This document shows, in pieces, positions 27,068 to 38,300 of a DNA stretch of 64,000 nucleotides. A model generated the notes under the pieces. The model had not been told where the DNA came from and made no database searches. It worked only from the letters and a program-made list of their open reading frames with translations. Each line of letters begins with the position of its first letter. The first letter of the stretch is position 1. The position numbers and the translations under genes were made by a program. Source of the stretch: Bryobacterales bacterium (GTDB taxonomy: Bacteria; Acidobacteriota; Terriglobia; Bryobacterales; UBA6623); NCBI GenBank assembly GCA_965226245.1, contig CBDDCL010000015.1:3574515-3638514 (forward strand). Reading direction: 5' to 3'.

Positions 27068-28444
27068 CTACACATTCTCCGGTACAACAAATGGCTCGCG
27101 GTAATCGCGTTTGAGCAGCTTGTTGGCCTCGTCATCACCTGGGAACCGCTCTGCCTTGGCGTCGAACTTCAGCTTGCGGTTCGTGCGGTAGGAGATGTTG
27201 GCCATGTGGCACAGCGCCGCCGATAGGTGTCCCACTTCGACGTCGCAATGCAGATCGGTGTGTTTTCGGCTTTTGACCGCGTCGAGAAAGTTCGCGAAGT
27301 GCGCACCGCGCTCCCCGGCGGCGGACATCGACGGTCCCGGCTCGCGCTTTTCACCCAGGTAGGTCGCGAAGCCGCGACTGTTGAGGGTCATGTAGCCGTC
27401 AGCCCCGAAAAAGAGGTTGCCGACGGTGTTCATGTTTCCGTCCGGGTCCTGCATGCCGGCCTCGCCGCCAGTAGGCAGTCCGCGCACCTCGAACACGATT
27501 TGGCTGTCAGGATACTCGAAGACGGCGGTTTGCGTATTGGGGGTCTGCTGGTCGTCGGGATAGATGTAGTGCCCGCCCGATGAGTAGACGGCCGGAGGAA
27601 GTTCCTCCTTGCCAAGGCCCCAGCGGGCGATATCCATCTCATGCACGCCTTGATTACCGATGTCACCGTTGCCGAAATCCCAGTACCAATGCCAGTTGTA
27701 GTGGAAGCGGTTTTCCTTGAAGTCGAGTTCTTGCGAGGGGCCCAGCCAAAGGTCATAGTTGACGCCGGGCGGAACCGGGCTGGCTGACTTGGCGCCAATC
27801 GACTTGCGGCGCTTGAAGCATAGTCCGCGCGCCATATAGAGCTTGCCAATCACGCCGTCGTTTAGCAATTCGATCGCACGGACTTTGTGCTGGGTGCTGC
27901 GGCCCTGGTGGCCAACCTGCACGATGCGCTTGTATTTGCGCGCCGCCTGGACCATCTTGCGGCCCTCGAAGATGCTGTGAGAGGCGGGCTTTTCGACATA
28001 GACGTCCTTGCCCGCCTGGCAAGACCAAATCGTCGCCAGAGCGTGCCAGTGATTCGGGGTGGCGACGGACACGGCATCAATGCTGTTGTTCTCGAGCATC
28101 TCGCGCAGGTCTTCGTACTCGGCGGGTTTGCGTTTTTGGAACTCGAGTGTTTGCTGAGCGGCACGTTCGACAACCGCTTGGTCGATGTCGACGACGGCGG
28201 CGACTTCGGAGCGCTCGTCGTGCGCAAATCCGCGGATGTGGGCTTTTCCGCGCCCGCGAACTCCGATGCAGGCGATCTGGACGCGCTCGTTCGCCCCCAT
28301 GACTTGGGAGTAGGAAGCGGCGGTCATTGCGGCCGCGGCGGTTCCCGAGGACTTTAGGAAGTTGCGGCGGCCAAGTGGCGCCCGCGGCGCTGATTGCGTG
28401 GGGCGCGTTTTCCGCGCCGACAGTTTCGTCTGGGTTATTGCCAT
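27068..28444 (-). CDS. Gfo/Idh/MocA family oxidoreductase with Tat signal
   Basis: GRRNFLK, IACIGVRGRG, DAVSVATPNHWHA, DVYVEKP, GNQGVHEMD; paralog of 6285..7640. Confidence 0.93.
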   Translation of the reverse strand: MAITQTKLSARKTRPTQSAPRAPLGRRNFLKSSGTAAAAMTAASYSQVMGANERVQIACIGVRGRGKAHIRGFAHDERSEVAAVVDIDQAVVERAAQQTLEFQKRKPAEYEDLREMLENNSIDAVSVATPNHWHALATIWSCQAGKDVYVEKPASHSIFEGRKMVQAARKYKRIVQVGHQGRSTQHKVRAIELLNDGVIGKLYMARGLCFKRRKSIGAKSASPVPPGVNYDLWLGPSQELDFKENRFHYNWHWYWDFGNGDIGNQGVHEMDIARWGLGKEELPPAVYSSGGHYIYPDDQQTPNTQTAVFEYPDSQIVFEVRGLPTGGEAGMQDPDGNMNTVGNLFFGADGYMTLNSRGFATYLGEKREPGPSMSAAGERGAHFANFLDAVKSRKHTDLHCDVEVGHLSAALCHMANISYRTNRKLKFDAKAERFPGDDEANKLLKRDYREPFVVPENV

Positions 28445-28611
28445 GACAGGCCTCCTATGATTCTTGGCTCACTGCATACAAAGCGTATCACAGGCGGCAA
28501 GCGTGATCAACGATGGCAACTCAGGTCGAGCCGGAGCTCTTGCGAGTTCTCGCTAAGCGGCATGGCGTTGACGTTTGCAGTACGACTAGCAACTGCAACC
28601 GACGCACTGAT

Positions 28612-28641
28612 TTGACGCTACCCCGAGCCCGAACGTATACT
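28612..28641 (+). promoter_or_regulatory. Putative sigma70 promoter of the tRNA-tuf operon
   Basis: TTGACG-18 bp-TATACT, about 130 nt upstream of the first tRNA. Confidence 0.55.
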
Positions 28642-28773
28642 AAGAACTGATCGGCCTGCTGGGCTCGGGTGATGTGGATCGATCCCGGGAAGAGCAGGAG
28701 CGATGGCAGAGTCCGTCGGCTCAGGCGTTGAGCCGTATCTTCCGTCTGAGCTATCATATACAGGTCTGTCGGC

Positions 28774-28849
<76 letters not shown>

Positions 28850-28928
28850 GTTGTCTGCGTTGCTGATTCAAGAACGATTTCCAGGAAAATCCCAGGAGTG
28901 GATTGGGGGTAAAACTCGAACGGTTTCG

Positions 28929-29003
28929 GCGGGAGTAACTCAATGGTAGAGTCACAGCCTTCCAAGCTGTTGGTTGCGGGTTCGATCCCCGTCTCCCGCT
29001 CCA
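28929..29003 (+). tRNA. tRNA-Gly(TCC)
   Basis: GCGGGAG acceptor, loop CTTCCAA, GTTCGA, CCA. Confidence 0.96.
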
Positions 29004-29038
29004 GGCTGTAGCTTCCCTAAGCCGCTGGGCAGTGACGG

Positions 29039-29114
<76 letters not shown>

Positions 29115-29211
29115 GCGACCCGGACAGGCTGCCCTGTGACACGCGGCCGCGCGGTCACGAAGTAGTGGCTAGCGAACAGGAAGATCCCGGTCAAGGAGAG
29201 TATTGAGTTAA

Positions 29212-29298
29212 GGACGGGTAGCCGAGTGGTCAAAGGCGGCAGACTGTAAATCTGCTGGACACAGTCCTACGGAGGTTCGAATCCTCCCCCGTCCACCA
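29212..29298 (+). tRNA. tRNA-Tyr(GTA)
   Basis: GGACGGG acceptor, loop CTGTAAA, long variable arm, GTTCGAA, CCA. Confidence 0.96.
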
Positions 29299-29376
29299 CG
29301 ACGCCCGTTAGAGCAAGACGCTGAAAAGCACGGCACGGGACCTCGAACCGCAGAGGTCCAAATCGGAGAGCAAGCG

Positions 29377-30564
29377 ATGGCGAAGGAGAAATTTGACCGC
29401 AGCCTGCCGCACGTGAACGTGGGGACAATCGGCCATATTGACCATGGCAAGACCACGCTGACGGCGGCCATCACGAAGGTTTTGCAGAAGAACGATTCCA
29501 GCGTGTCGTTCCGCTCGTTCGACTCGATCGACAACGCCCCGGAAGAGAAGGCCCGCGGCATCACCATCGCCGTGTCGCACGTCGAGTACCGCACGTCGAA
29601 CCGGCACTATGCGCATGTCGATTGCCCCGGCCACGCCGACTACATCAAGAACATGATCACCGGCGCGGCGCAGATGGACGGCGCCATCCTGGTGGTGGCG
29701 GCGACCGACGGCCCGATGCCCCAGACCCGCGAGCACATTCTGCTGGCGCGGCAGGTGGGCGTGCCCTACGTCGTGGTGTTTCTCAACAAGTGCGACGCGG
29801 TGGACGATCCCGAGCTGCTGGAGCTGGTGGAGCTGGAAGTGCGCGAGCTGTTGACGAGTTACGACTTCCCGGGCGATGACATTCCGGTCGTGCTGGGCTC
29901 GGCGCTGAAGGCGCTCGACGGCGACTCCGCAGCCGAGCAGGACATCGCGAAGCTGATGCAGGCGGTGGATGATTACATCCCGACGCCGAAGCGCGAGAAG
30001 GACAAGCCGTTCTTGATGCCGATCGAGGATATTTTCTCGATATCGGGGCGCGGCACGGTGGTGACCGGGCGTGTCGAGCGGGGCATCGTGAAGGTGGGCG
30101 AGGAGATGGAGATCGTCGGTTTCCGCGAGACGCAGAAGCGCGTGATCACGGGCGTGGAGATGTTCAAGAAGCTGCTGGACCAGGGCGAGGCGGGCGACAA
30201 CGTGGGGCTGCTGGTGCGGGGCTTGGAGAAGGACGAAGTGGAGCGCGGGCAGGTGGTGGCGAAGCCCAAGTCGATCACGCCGCACACGAAGTTCAAGGGC
30301 GAAGTGTACGTGCTGAAGAAGGACGAAGGCGGGCGGCACACGCCGTTCTTCAACGGCTACCGTCCGCAGTTTTATTTCCGCACGACGGACGTGACCGGCG
30401 TGGCGCAACTGCCGGAAGGGACGGAGATGGTGATGCCAGGCGACAACGTCGGCATGAGCGTGGAGCTGATCAGCCCGGTGGCGATGGAGAAGGGACTGCG
30501 ATTCGCCATCCGTGAAGGCAGCCGCACCATCGGCGCCGGCACGGTCGCCGAGATTATCGAGTAA
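29377..30564 (+). CDS. tuf: Elongation factor Tu
   Basis: [44 protein letters not shown]. Confidence 0.99.
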   Translation: MAKEKFDRSLPHVNVGTIGHIDHGKTTLTAAITKVLQKNDSSVSFRSFDSIDNAPEEKARGITIAVSHVEYRTSNRHYAHVDCPGHADYIKNMITGAAQMDGAILVVAATDGPMPQTREHILLARQVGVPYVVVFLNKCDAVDDPELLELVELEVRELLTSYDFPGDDIPVVLGSALKALDGDSAAEQDIAKLMQAVDDYIPTPKREKDKPFLMPIEDIFSISGRGTVVTGRVERGIVKVGEEMEIVGFRETQKRVITGVEMFKKLLDQGEAGDNVGLLVRGLEKDEVERGQVVAKPKSITPHTKFKGEVYVLKKDEGGRHTPFFNGYRPQFYFRTTDVTGVAQLPEGTEMVMPGDNVGMSVELISPVAMEKGLRFAIREGSRTIGAGTVAEIIE

Positions 30565-30638
30565 GCGGAAAGAAACCGCCCGGCCCGTGAGACGGCTCAA
30601 GAAACGCCCGGCGCGGAGAGCGAAACGAGGAGACTGAC

Positions 30639-30791
30639 GTGGCACGAGAGACCATCATTCTAGAGTGCACGGAAACGAAGGACCGCAACTACACGACCAC
30701 GAAGAACAAGAAGAAGACTCGCGGACGCCTGGAGCTAAAGAAATATTGCCCGCGCCTGCGCAGGCACACTCTGCACCGGGAAACAAAGTAG
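30639..30791 (+). CDS. rpmG: 50S ribosomal protein L33
   Basis: Manual translation from GTG after GAGGAG: [50 protein letters not shown]. Confidence 0.96.
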   Translation: MARETIILECTETKDRNYTTTKNKKKTRGRLELKKYCPRLRRHTLHRETK

Positions 30792-30865
30792 CGGGTCGGC
30801 AAGTACGTTCGGACGCCCCGGTTTTTGTGAGTTCCACGGAGGTTCAGCATCGGCGGAACGAGTTC

Positions 30866-30940
30866 AGGGGCGTAGGTTCAACGGTAGACCAGCGGTCTCC
30901 AAAACCGCGAGTGGGGGTTCGAATCCCTCCGCCCCTGCCA
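30866..30940 (+). tRNA. tRNA-Trp(CCA)
   Basis: AGGGGCG acceptor, loop CTCCAAA, GTTCGAA, CCA; usual position before secE. Confidence 0.96.
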
Positions 30941-31008
30941 CATCTTGAGGTTGGCCGTGAAAAGCGGCAAAGCGGCGGGAAGTAAGCAACTAAGCAAAGA
31001 GCGATTCC

Positions 31009-31281
31009 ATGGCAACAGTAGCCAAGGCGAAGCAGGCATCACAGGGTGGTGTCATGGGTAAGATCAGCGGGGTCAAGGATTGGCCCGCCCGCTTCCGCAG
31101 CTATACGGACGGCTTGAAGCGGGAAATGCGCCTGGTGACCTGGCCCGGCAAGAAACAAGTTCAAGCGACCACCGGAGTCGTCCTGGTGACGGTTTTTATT
31201 TTTGCCTTTTACTTTGGCGTCGTCGATTATGTGCTGACCTACCTTCAGACCATGCTCTACGACTATTTCATCGGCAGCTAA
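31009..31281 (+). CDS. secE: Preprotein translocase subunit SecE
   Basis: EMRLVTWP followed by one TM segment; between tRNA-Trp and nusG. Confidence 0.95.
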   Translation: MATVAKAKQASQGGVMGKISGVKDWPARFRSYTDGLKREMRLVTWPGKKQVQATTGVVLVTVFIFAFYFGVVDYVLTYLQTMLYDYFIGS

Positions 31282-31297
31282 CGCTAGAGGCGGACCC

Positions 31298-32566
31298 GTG
31301 AGCGAATTAAACAAACCGGCGGAACTCAGCGAATCCGGGCAGGAAGAACCGGCCAGCGAGCAGCAAGCTGCCGCGGGGGCAGGCGAGGGCGTGCCTAAAT
31401 CCGGGGAAACTCCCGGGGGCGAGGCTGTGGCGTCTGCTTCCGGGGAGGAAGGAACTTCGATCGACGAGGAGACCGCGGAGTTGCCTTCACCATCAGCGGC
31501 GACTGTTCCCGAGCCGGCGGTTTCTTCCGCGACGGACGCCGAAAGGTCCGAAGCTTTGCCGGCTGAAGCCGAGGGTGAGGCGGCGGGCGGGGCGGGGGAA
31601 TCTTCAGAGTCCGCCGCGACCGAGCCCGGGGGTGCTGTCGAGGCCGAGCCGCAAGACGCACCCGAGGAAGTAGCGGCGGAAGCCGGCGAAGAGCCGGAAG
31701 GACCAGCGGAGGAGGTTGCCGCGGAGACCGAACCGGCTGTTGAAGCGGAGGCTGCCGCTGAAGCGGCGGCGTCCGAAGCTGAAGCCGAGGCCGAGCCTGC
31801 TGCGGAGGCCGAACCGGCTGTTGGGGCGGAGGCTGGCGTTGAAGCGGCGGCACCTGAAGCTGAAGCTGAGGCTGAGCCCGCCGCGGACGCAACGCCAGGC
31901 GCCGAGGCCGCGCCGACCCCAGAGACCGAACCGGCTGTTGAGGCAGAGGTTGCCGCTGAAGCCGCGGCGGCCGAACCTGAAGAGGAAGCTGAGGCGGAGA
32001 CCGCGACCGAACCCAAGCCGGCCGGAGTGCCGGGGATCGATTGGTACATCATCCACACCTATTCCGGATTCGAGAACAAGGTGAAGGAGAGTCTTCGCAC
32101 GCGCGCGGACGCTTTCGGCTTTAACGATCGCATCGGCGAGATCCTGATTCCAACCGAAGACGTTGTTGAGATGCGCAGCGGGAAAAAAATCACGAGCAAG
32201 CGAATGCTCTATCCGGGCTATGTCTTGCTGCAACTCAAGATGGACGACGAGCTGTGGCACATAGTCAAGAACACGCCCCGCGTGACGGGTTTCGTGGGCA
32301 GCGGGCCGACGCCGACTCCTCTGACGGCGGGCGAGGTGAACCAGATTCTCTATCGCCAGACGTCCTCGGTTGAAAAGCCGCGGCCTAAGTTGACGTTCGA
32401 GCGAAGCGACCGGGTCAAGATCATCGACGGGCCGTTCACGAACTTCACCGGCACCGTGGAGGAGGTCAATCCCGACCGGAACACGCTGAAGGTCATGGTC
32501 ACGATTTTCGGACGAGGCACTCCGGTCGAGTTGGAGCATTTTCAAGTCGAGAAAGAGCGGCTCTAG
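31298..32566 (+). CDS. nusG: Transcription termination/antitermination factor NusG with ~245-aa acidic low-complexity N-terminal extension
   Basis: Core [14 protein letters not shown]...YPGYVL...[10 protein letters not shown]...[14 protein letters not shown]...[10 protein letters not shown]. The upstream open frame is Ala/Glu/Pro-rich. Confidence 0.93.
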   Translation: MSELNKPAELSESGQEEPASEQQAAAGAGEGVPKSGETPGGEAVASASGEEGTSIDEETAELPSPSAATVPEPAVSSATDAERSEALPAEAEGEAAGGAGESSESAATEPGGAVEAEPQDAPEEVAAEAGEEPEGPAEEVAAETEPAVEAEAAAEAAASEAEAEAEPAAEAEPAVGAEAGVEAAAPEAEAEAEPAADATPGAEAAPTPETEPAVEAEVAAEAAAAEPEEEAEAETATEPKPAGVPGIDWYIIHTYSGFENKVKESLRTRADAFGFNDRIGEILIPTEDVVEMRSGKKITSKRMLYPGYVLLQLKMDDELWHIVKNTPRVTGFVGSGPTPTPLTAGEVNQILYRQTSSVEKPRPKLTFERSDRVKIIDGPFTNFTGTVEEVNPDRNTLKVMVTIFGRGTPVELEHFQVEKERL

Positions 32567-32584
32567 TCGCGCTCGGAGCGAAAT

Positions 32585-33013
32585 ATGGCAAAACGGATCA
32601 CGGGGCAGATCAAGTTGCAGATCATGGCTGGGAAGGCTACGCCGGCACCACCGGTGGGTCCGGCCTTGGGTCAAGCGGGCGTCAACATCATGGACTTCTG
32701 CAAGGCCTTCAATGCCAAAACGGCGGAGAAGGAGTTGGAGGGGCTGATCGTTCCGGTCGTCATCACCGTTTACCATGACCGCTCCTACTCGTTCATTACC
32801 AAGACTCCCCCGGCCGCGGTGTTGATCAAACGGGCTGCCAATCTGGCGAAGGGCTCCGGCGAGCCGAACCGTAACAAGGTCGGCCAGCTCACGCGGGCGC
32901 AGGTGGAAGAGATTGCCAAGAAGAAGATGGCCGACTTGAACAGCCACGATCTCGAGGCGGCAGTGCGGATCATCAGCGGAACCGCCCGCAGTATGGGAGT
33001 GCAAGTGGTTTGA
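32585..33013 (+). CDS. rplK: 50S ribosomal protein L11
   Basis: [45 protein letters not shown]. Confidence 0.99.
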   Translation: MAKRITGQIKLQIMAGKATPAPPVGPALGQAGVNIMDFCKAFNAKTAEKELEGLIVPVVITVYHDRSYSFITKTPPAAVLIKRAANLAKGSGEPNRNKVGQLTRAQVEEIAKKKMADLNSHDLEAAVRIISGTARSMGVQVV

Positions 33014-33069
33014 GAGTTCTGGAAGTAAACTTTTTTTTGTCTTTGTAAACTGATTCGGTTGGCACGGAC

Positions 33070-33110
33070 CCAGTGGGAGGCTGCTCCGCAAGCGGCCGTC
33101 TGGACCAAGG
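33070..33110 (+). promoter_or_regulatory. Putative L1-binding autoregulatory RNA site before rplA
   Basis: GTGGGAGGC...GCCGTCTGGACCA between rplK and rplA resembles the L1 mRNA target; recognised by eye only. Confidence 0.4.
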
Positions 33111-33118
33111 GTGAAACT

Positions 33119-33817
33119 ATGGCGAAGAAGAGAGGCAAGAAGTACCTCGCTGTTCTCGAAAAGATTGAAGAAAAAGCCTACCCTCTCAGCGAGGCGATCC
33201 CGTTTCTCAAAGAGAACACGGTCTCCGGGTTTGACGAGACGGTTGAAGTCCACATGAACCTGGGGGTCAACCCCAAACACGCGGACCAGATGGTACGCGG
33301 AACAATCGTGCTGCCCCATGGTCTGGGCAAGTCGAAACGCGTGCTGGTCATTGCCACCGGTGAGAAAGCGGCCGAGGCGGAAAAAGCCGGCGCGGACTAT
33401 ATCGGCGGAGAGGACATGGTCAAGAAAATCCAGTCGGAGGGCTGGCTGGATTTTGATGCCGTCGTCGCCACGCCCGACATGATGAAGTTTGTCGGCCGGC
33501 TCGGCCGGATTCTCGGTCCGCGGGGCCTGATGCCTAATCCCAAGACCGGCACGGTGACGATGGACGTCGCTCAAGCCGTGAACGAGATCAAAGCGGGCAA
33601 GGTGGAGTTTCGGGTCGACAAGGGAGCCGTGATTCACACACCGGTCGGGAAGCTGAGTTTCAGCCACGAAAAGCTGACAGAGAATGCAACGGCGCTCATC
33701 CAGGCAGTGGTGAAGGCAAAACCCTCGGCAGCCAAGGGGCGTTACGTTCTGGGCACGAGCATTTGTTCGACCATGGGGCCGGCTTTGAAGCTCAACGTAT
33801 CGGATTTGACCAGCTAG
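33119..33817 (+). CDS. rplA: 50S ribosomal protein L1
   Basis: [43 protein letters not shown]. Confidence 0.99.
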   Translation: MAKKRGKKYLAVLEKIEEKAYPLSEAIPFLKENTVSGFDETVEVHMNLGVNPKHADQMVRGTIVLPHGLGKSKRVLVIATGEKAAEAEKAGADYIGGEDMVKKIQSEGWLDFDAVVATPDMMKFVGRLGRILGPRGLMPNPKTGTVTMDVAQAVNEIKAGKVEFRVDKGAVIHTPVGKLSFSHEKLTENATALIQAVVKAKPSAAKGRYVLGTSICSTMGPALKLNVSDLTS

Positions 33818-33830
33818 GGACTGTAGAACC

Positions 33831-34364
33831 ATGAAGCAGAAAACGGACAAGAACGCCGACCTTAAACGAATCAAGAGCGATCTCGATGATTATCCGACCG
33901 TGCTGATTTGCGCCTTCGAGGGGCTCAAGGTTGAGGAAGACTTTCAGCTTCGCAACCAGGTGCGCGAGGCCGGGGGGCGCTACCGGGTTATTCAGAACCG
34001 TCTGGCCCGGCTGGCATCGAAGGACACTCCTTTCGAGGAATCGCTGGGGGATCTGCGGGGCATGACGTCGCTTGCCTGCGCGGGTGAGGACCCGTTGAGT
34101 TTGGTCAAGACGCTGGTGGCCTACGCCAAGGAGCACCCGTCGTTCCAGTTCAAGTCCGGAGTGGTTGAAGGCCGAGTGCTTGATGCTGACGCGCTCAATC
34201 AGCTTGCGACCCTGCCGGGCAAAGAGGCGATCTACGCCAAGTTGCTGTTCTTGATCAACGCCCCGGCGCAGCAATTGGTGAGCGTGATCAATGCGCCCGC
34301 GCGCGATCTGGCGATCGTGATCGATCAAGGCGTCAAGGAAAAGAAGTTTCCCGCGCAGCCCTGA
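33831..34364 (+). CDS. rplJ: 50S ribosomal protein L10
   Basis: LRNQVREAGG.YRVIQNRLA, LATLPGKEAIYAKLL; position. Confidence 0.97.
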   Translation: MKQKTDKNADLKRIKSDLDDYPTVLICAFEGLKVEEDFQLRNQVREAGGRYRVIQNRLARLASKDTPFEESLGDLRGMTSLACAGEDPLSLVKTLVAYAKEHPSFQFKSGVVEGRVLDADALNQLATLPGKEAIYAKLLFLINAPAQQLVSVINAPARDLAIVIDQGVKEKKFPAQP

Positions 34365-34498
34365 TCCGTACCCGCGATTCCCCTGCAGGGGTCGCCGCTG
34401 GTTCCGGGGGCAGGTCAGTTTTGTTCAGCGGCCCGCGTGCCGCTGACTTACTTTGATTTCTAAAAAGAGATTCTCATTCATAAGGAGCTAGATCAAAA

Positions 34499-34873
34499 AT
34501 GGCGGATGTAAATGCAATTGCCGAATCGATTCAGGAGCTTACGCTGATGGAGGCCGCCGACCTCGTCAAGACGTTGGAAGAGAAGTTGGGTGTGTCGGCG
34601 GCTGCCGCGGTGGCGATGCCCGCGGGGGGACCCGCTCCCGCTGCCGAGGCTGCCGAAGAGCAAACCGAGTTCGACGTCGTTCTGACGGGAATCGGCGGCA
34701 ACAAGATCTCGGTGATCAAAGCGGTTCGCCAAGTCACCAGTCTCGGTCTCAAGGAGGCCAAAGACCTGGTAGATAACGCACCCAAGCCAGTGAAGGAAGG
34801 CGTCACCAAGGAAGAAGCCGAGGCCCTTCAGGCGAAGCTGACCGAAGCCGGCGCGACCGTCGAGCTGAAGTAG
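34499..34873 (+). CDS. rplL: 50S ribosomal protein L7/L12
   Basis: [40 protein letters not shown]. Confidence 0.99.
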   Translation: MADVNAIAESIQELTLMEAADLVKTLEEKLGVSAAAAVAMPAGGPAPAAEAAEEQTEFDVVLTGIGGNKISVIKAVRQVTSLGLKEAKDLVDNAPKPVKEGVTKEEAEALQAKLTEAGATVELK

Positions 34874-34948
34874 CGTTGCGTGGCCGGGAGCTGTCTCGAT
34901 GCCGCGGCGGCGAAGCGGCCGGGTTTTTTAATTCGGCCCGGCTCACAA

Positions 34949-34977
34949 TTGAACTTAGCGAGCGCAGGTGTTATAAT
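34949..34977 (+). promoter_or_regulatory. Strong sigma70-type promoter upstream of rpoB
   Basis: TTGAAC-17 bp-TATAAT with extended -10 (TGtTATAAT). Confidence 0.65.
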
Positions 34978-35354
34978 CTATCTGTCGGAGCCCGTGGACT
35001 CTTCGATACTCTTTCCCACTAACCCGTTTCTAGAGGCTGCCTGAGTACGTGTATCCGGTACTAGGAAGGTTGTTTCCGGAGTGCCTGCAAGCCGGGGGGC
35101 TTCTGTGCCTTGCAGGCTGATGAGCCGGTCACGGCGGGGCGAAGGGGTGGAGTGACGTCGAATCCTCAATTTCCGGCGCCCGGAGATCGATTCAACCCTT
35201 TCAAAACTGCGCTTCTGACGAAGCTTTGAGCGCACGCCAAGTCTGATAGGCGTGTCAAACGTGTTTAGCGCGTTTTTTTATTGCGCTTTGCGATACCAAT
35301 GTCGTCCTGCCGGATACGGCGGGCGAGTCCGGACCACTCGGGAGTTTGACCTAC

Positions 35355-38300
35355 ATGCCTTCGACTACCGCCAATGGTTTACGAGTCAATGGTTCCTCAA
35401 GCGGGCGTCACGATTTTTCGCGGATTGTGACGGCAATTCCGATTCCGAACCTGATCGAAGTTCAGAAGAATTCCTACGAACGCTTCCTCCAAATGGACCA
35501 CCTCCCCAGCGAACGGGACGACACCGGTTTGCAGGCGGTGTTCAACTCGGTGTTTCCGATCGGCGACTTCCGCGGTTTGAGCGAACTCGAGTTTGTGGAG
35601 TATTCGATCGGTGACTGGGAGTGCAAGTGCGGTCATTTGCGAGGTCTCCATCATCTCCGCTCGACGTGCGGGCGTTGCGGTTCGACGGTCAAGACCGACC
35701 CTTATGGCCCAAGCGAAATCAGCTGCGGGCAGTGCGGCTCCTACAACGAGAACGTTGTCAATTTTTGCACGAAATGCGGTGATCCGGTTGGTCTCAAGCT
35801 CAAGTACGACGTGGATGAGTGCCAAGAGCGCGGCATGACTTTCGCCGCTCCGCTGACAGTGACCATCCGCCTGACAATCTTTGAGAAAGATCCCGACACA
35901 GGGGCAAAGAGCATCCGGGACATCAAAGAGCAGGAGGTCTTCTTCGGGGAGATCTCCCTGATGACCGAGCGCGGCACTTTTATCATTAGCGGCACCGAGA
36001 GAGTGATTGTTTCCCAGTTGCACCGCTCCCCCGGGGTGTTTTTTGAGACCGTAAACCGCCGTTCGTACTTTCTCGGCAAGATCATCCCTTACCGCGGCAG
36101 TTGGGTGGAGTTTGAGTACGACGCGAAGAATCTTCTTTATGTCCGGATCGACCGTAAGCGGAAGTTTCTTGGAACGGTCTTTCTAAGAGCACTGGGTCTC
36201 AACACGGATGAAGACATTCTTCGCGGCTTCTACAAGGCCGACACGATTACGATTGACGGCAAGCGCCTCTATCGCACGGTCTCGGAAAGTCTGGTCGGGA
36301 CCCGGCTCACCGAAGCCGTGACGAACAAGAAGAGCGAGGTGATCGTACCCAAGGGGCGCAAGCTGACCCCGCACGTGCTGGGAGAAATTCAGAAAGCCAG
36401 CATCAAGCGGCTCCCCACATCCACGGCGGATCTGGAGGGAGCTTTTCTGGTTGCGGACATCGTCGATCCGGGAAGCGGCGAGGTATTGGCTGAAGCGAAT
36501 AGCGAGATTACCCCCGAGAAGGTCGCCGCCCTGATGGACTCGCCGATCAAGCAGTTCGAGGTGTTTTACGCCGAGCGCGACGCGGTCGGCCTGGTTCTCT
36601 CGACGACCCTCAAGAAAGACACCGTCAAGACGCAGCAAGAGGCTCTGGTCGAGATTTACCGCAAGCTTCGGCCCGGTGACCCGCCCACTCTTGAAACCGC
36701 GACCCAGCTCTTCAAGGGGATGTTTTTCGACTCCAGAAAGTATGATTTCTCGCGAGTCGGGCGCATGAAGTTCAACATCAAGCTCCACGACCGCATGGAC
36801 GCCAGCTCGCTCGATAGGAGGACGCTGGAGCCGGAGGATTTCTACGCCACCATCGCGTATTTATTGAAGCTGCGCCGCAACATCGGCGAAGTGGACGACA
36901 TTGACCATCTGGGCAATCGCCGGGTGCGGGCGGTCGGCGAGCTGCTCGAGAATCAATTCCGCATCGGTCTGGTGAGGATGGAGCGTGCCATTAAGGAGAA
37001 AATGTCCGTCTACCAGGAGATGGCGACGGCGATGCCTCACGACTTGGTGAACGCCAAGCCGGTGATGGCCGCGATCCGGGAATTCTTCGGATCGAGCCAG
37101 TTGTCGCAGTTCATGGACCAGACGAATCCGCTTTCCGAGATCACGCACAAACGAAGACTTTCAGCCCTGGGGCCGGGTGGCCTGTCCAGGGAAAGAGCCG
37201 GCTTCGAGGTGAGGGACGTTCACCCGACCCACTACGGCCGCATTTGCCCGATTGAAACGCCCGAGGGGCCCAACATCGGGCTCATCAGTTCGCTTTCTTG
37301 CTTTGCTCAGATCAACGAGTACGGTTTCATCGAAAGCCCTTACCGCAGGGTGTCAAACGGAGTCGTGGTCAGTGAAGTGCAAGTCGTGAGCGGAGGCGAC
37401 ACGGACCTCAAACCGGGAGCTGTTCTGACGCGCCGGGAAGCCGAGAAGGCGAACCGGGCGCTTGGGGCTCGCAAGCGGCACGCTGAGTTTGAATCCTATT
37501 GCAACTATCTTTCCGCCTGGGAGGAAGATCGCTACGTTATCGCCCAGGCCAATATCGAAGTCGACGGCAAAGGAAGGATCGTGCCTGAGCTGGCGAACTG
37601 CCGGGTAGCGGGCGACTTCCAGCTCAAGCGCCGAGCCGAGATCGAGTATGTCGATGTGAGCCCGAAGCAGCTCGTTTCCGTGGCCGCCAGTCTGATTCCT
37701 TTCTTGGAGAACGACGACGCGAACCGCGCCCTGATGGGTTCGAACATGCAGCGCCAGGCCGTCCCGCTGCTGCGTGCGGACGCACCGCTGGTTGGCACGG
37801 GCATGGAAGAGGTCGCCGCTCACGATTCCGGCGCCGTTGTCCTGTGCCGCCGTGACGGCGTCGTGGATTCGGTCGACTCCGAGCGCATCATCGTGAGGGT
37901 GACTGGAGCCGGACACGAAGGCCAGATGTCACGTGAGGTCGGCGCGGATATTTACCAACTCGTAAAGTTCAAACGGTCGAACCAGAACACCTGCGTCAAC
38001 CAGAAACCGATCGTTAAGAAAGGCGATGTGGTGGGCAAGGGGCAAGTCCTGGCGGACGGGCCTTGTACCGCCATGGGTGAGTTGGCCTTGGGGCGCAACG
38101 TGCTCGTCGCCTTTATGTCCTGGCGCGGCTACAACTTTGAGGACGCCATTCTCGTCAGCGAGAAACTGGTCAAGGAGGACTACTACACCTCGATCCACAT
38201 CGAAGAGTTTGAGGTCGAGGCACGTGACACCAAGCTGGGCCCGGAAGAGATCACCCGCGACATCCCGAATATTTCGGAGAGCTTTCTTCGAAACCTCGAT

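Noticed and set aside
31604-33874. 756-aa minus-strand ORF; likewise 29308..30645, 31039..32058, 37929..39116, 40559..41863, 42914..43972
   Set aside because: Shadow ORFs on the opposite strand or an alternative frame of GC-rich housekeeping genes, with no recognisable motifs.
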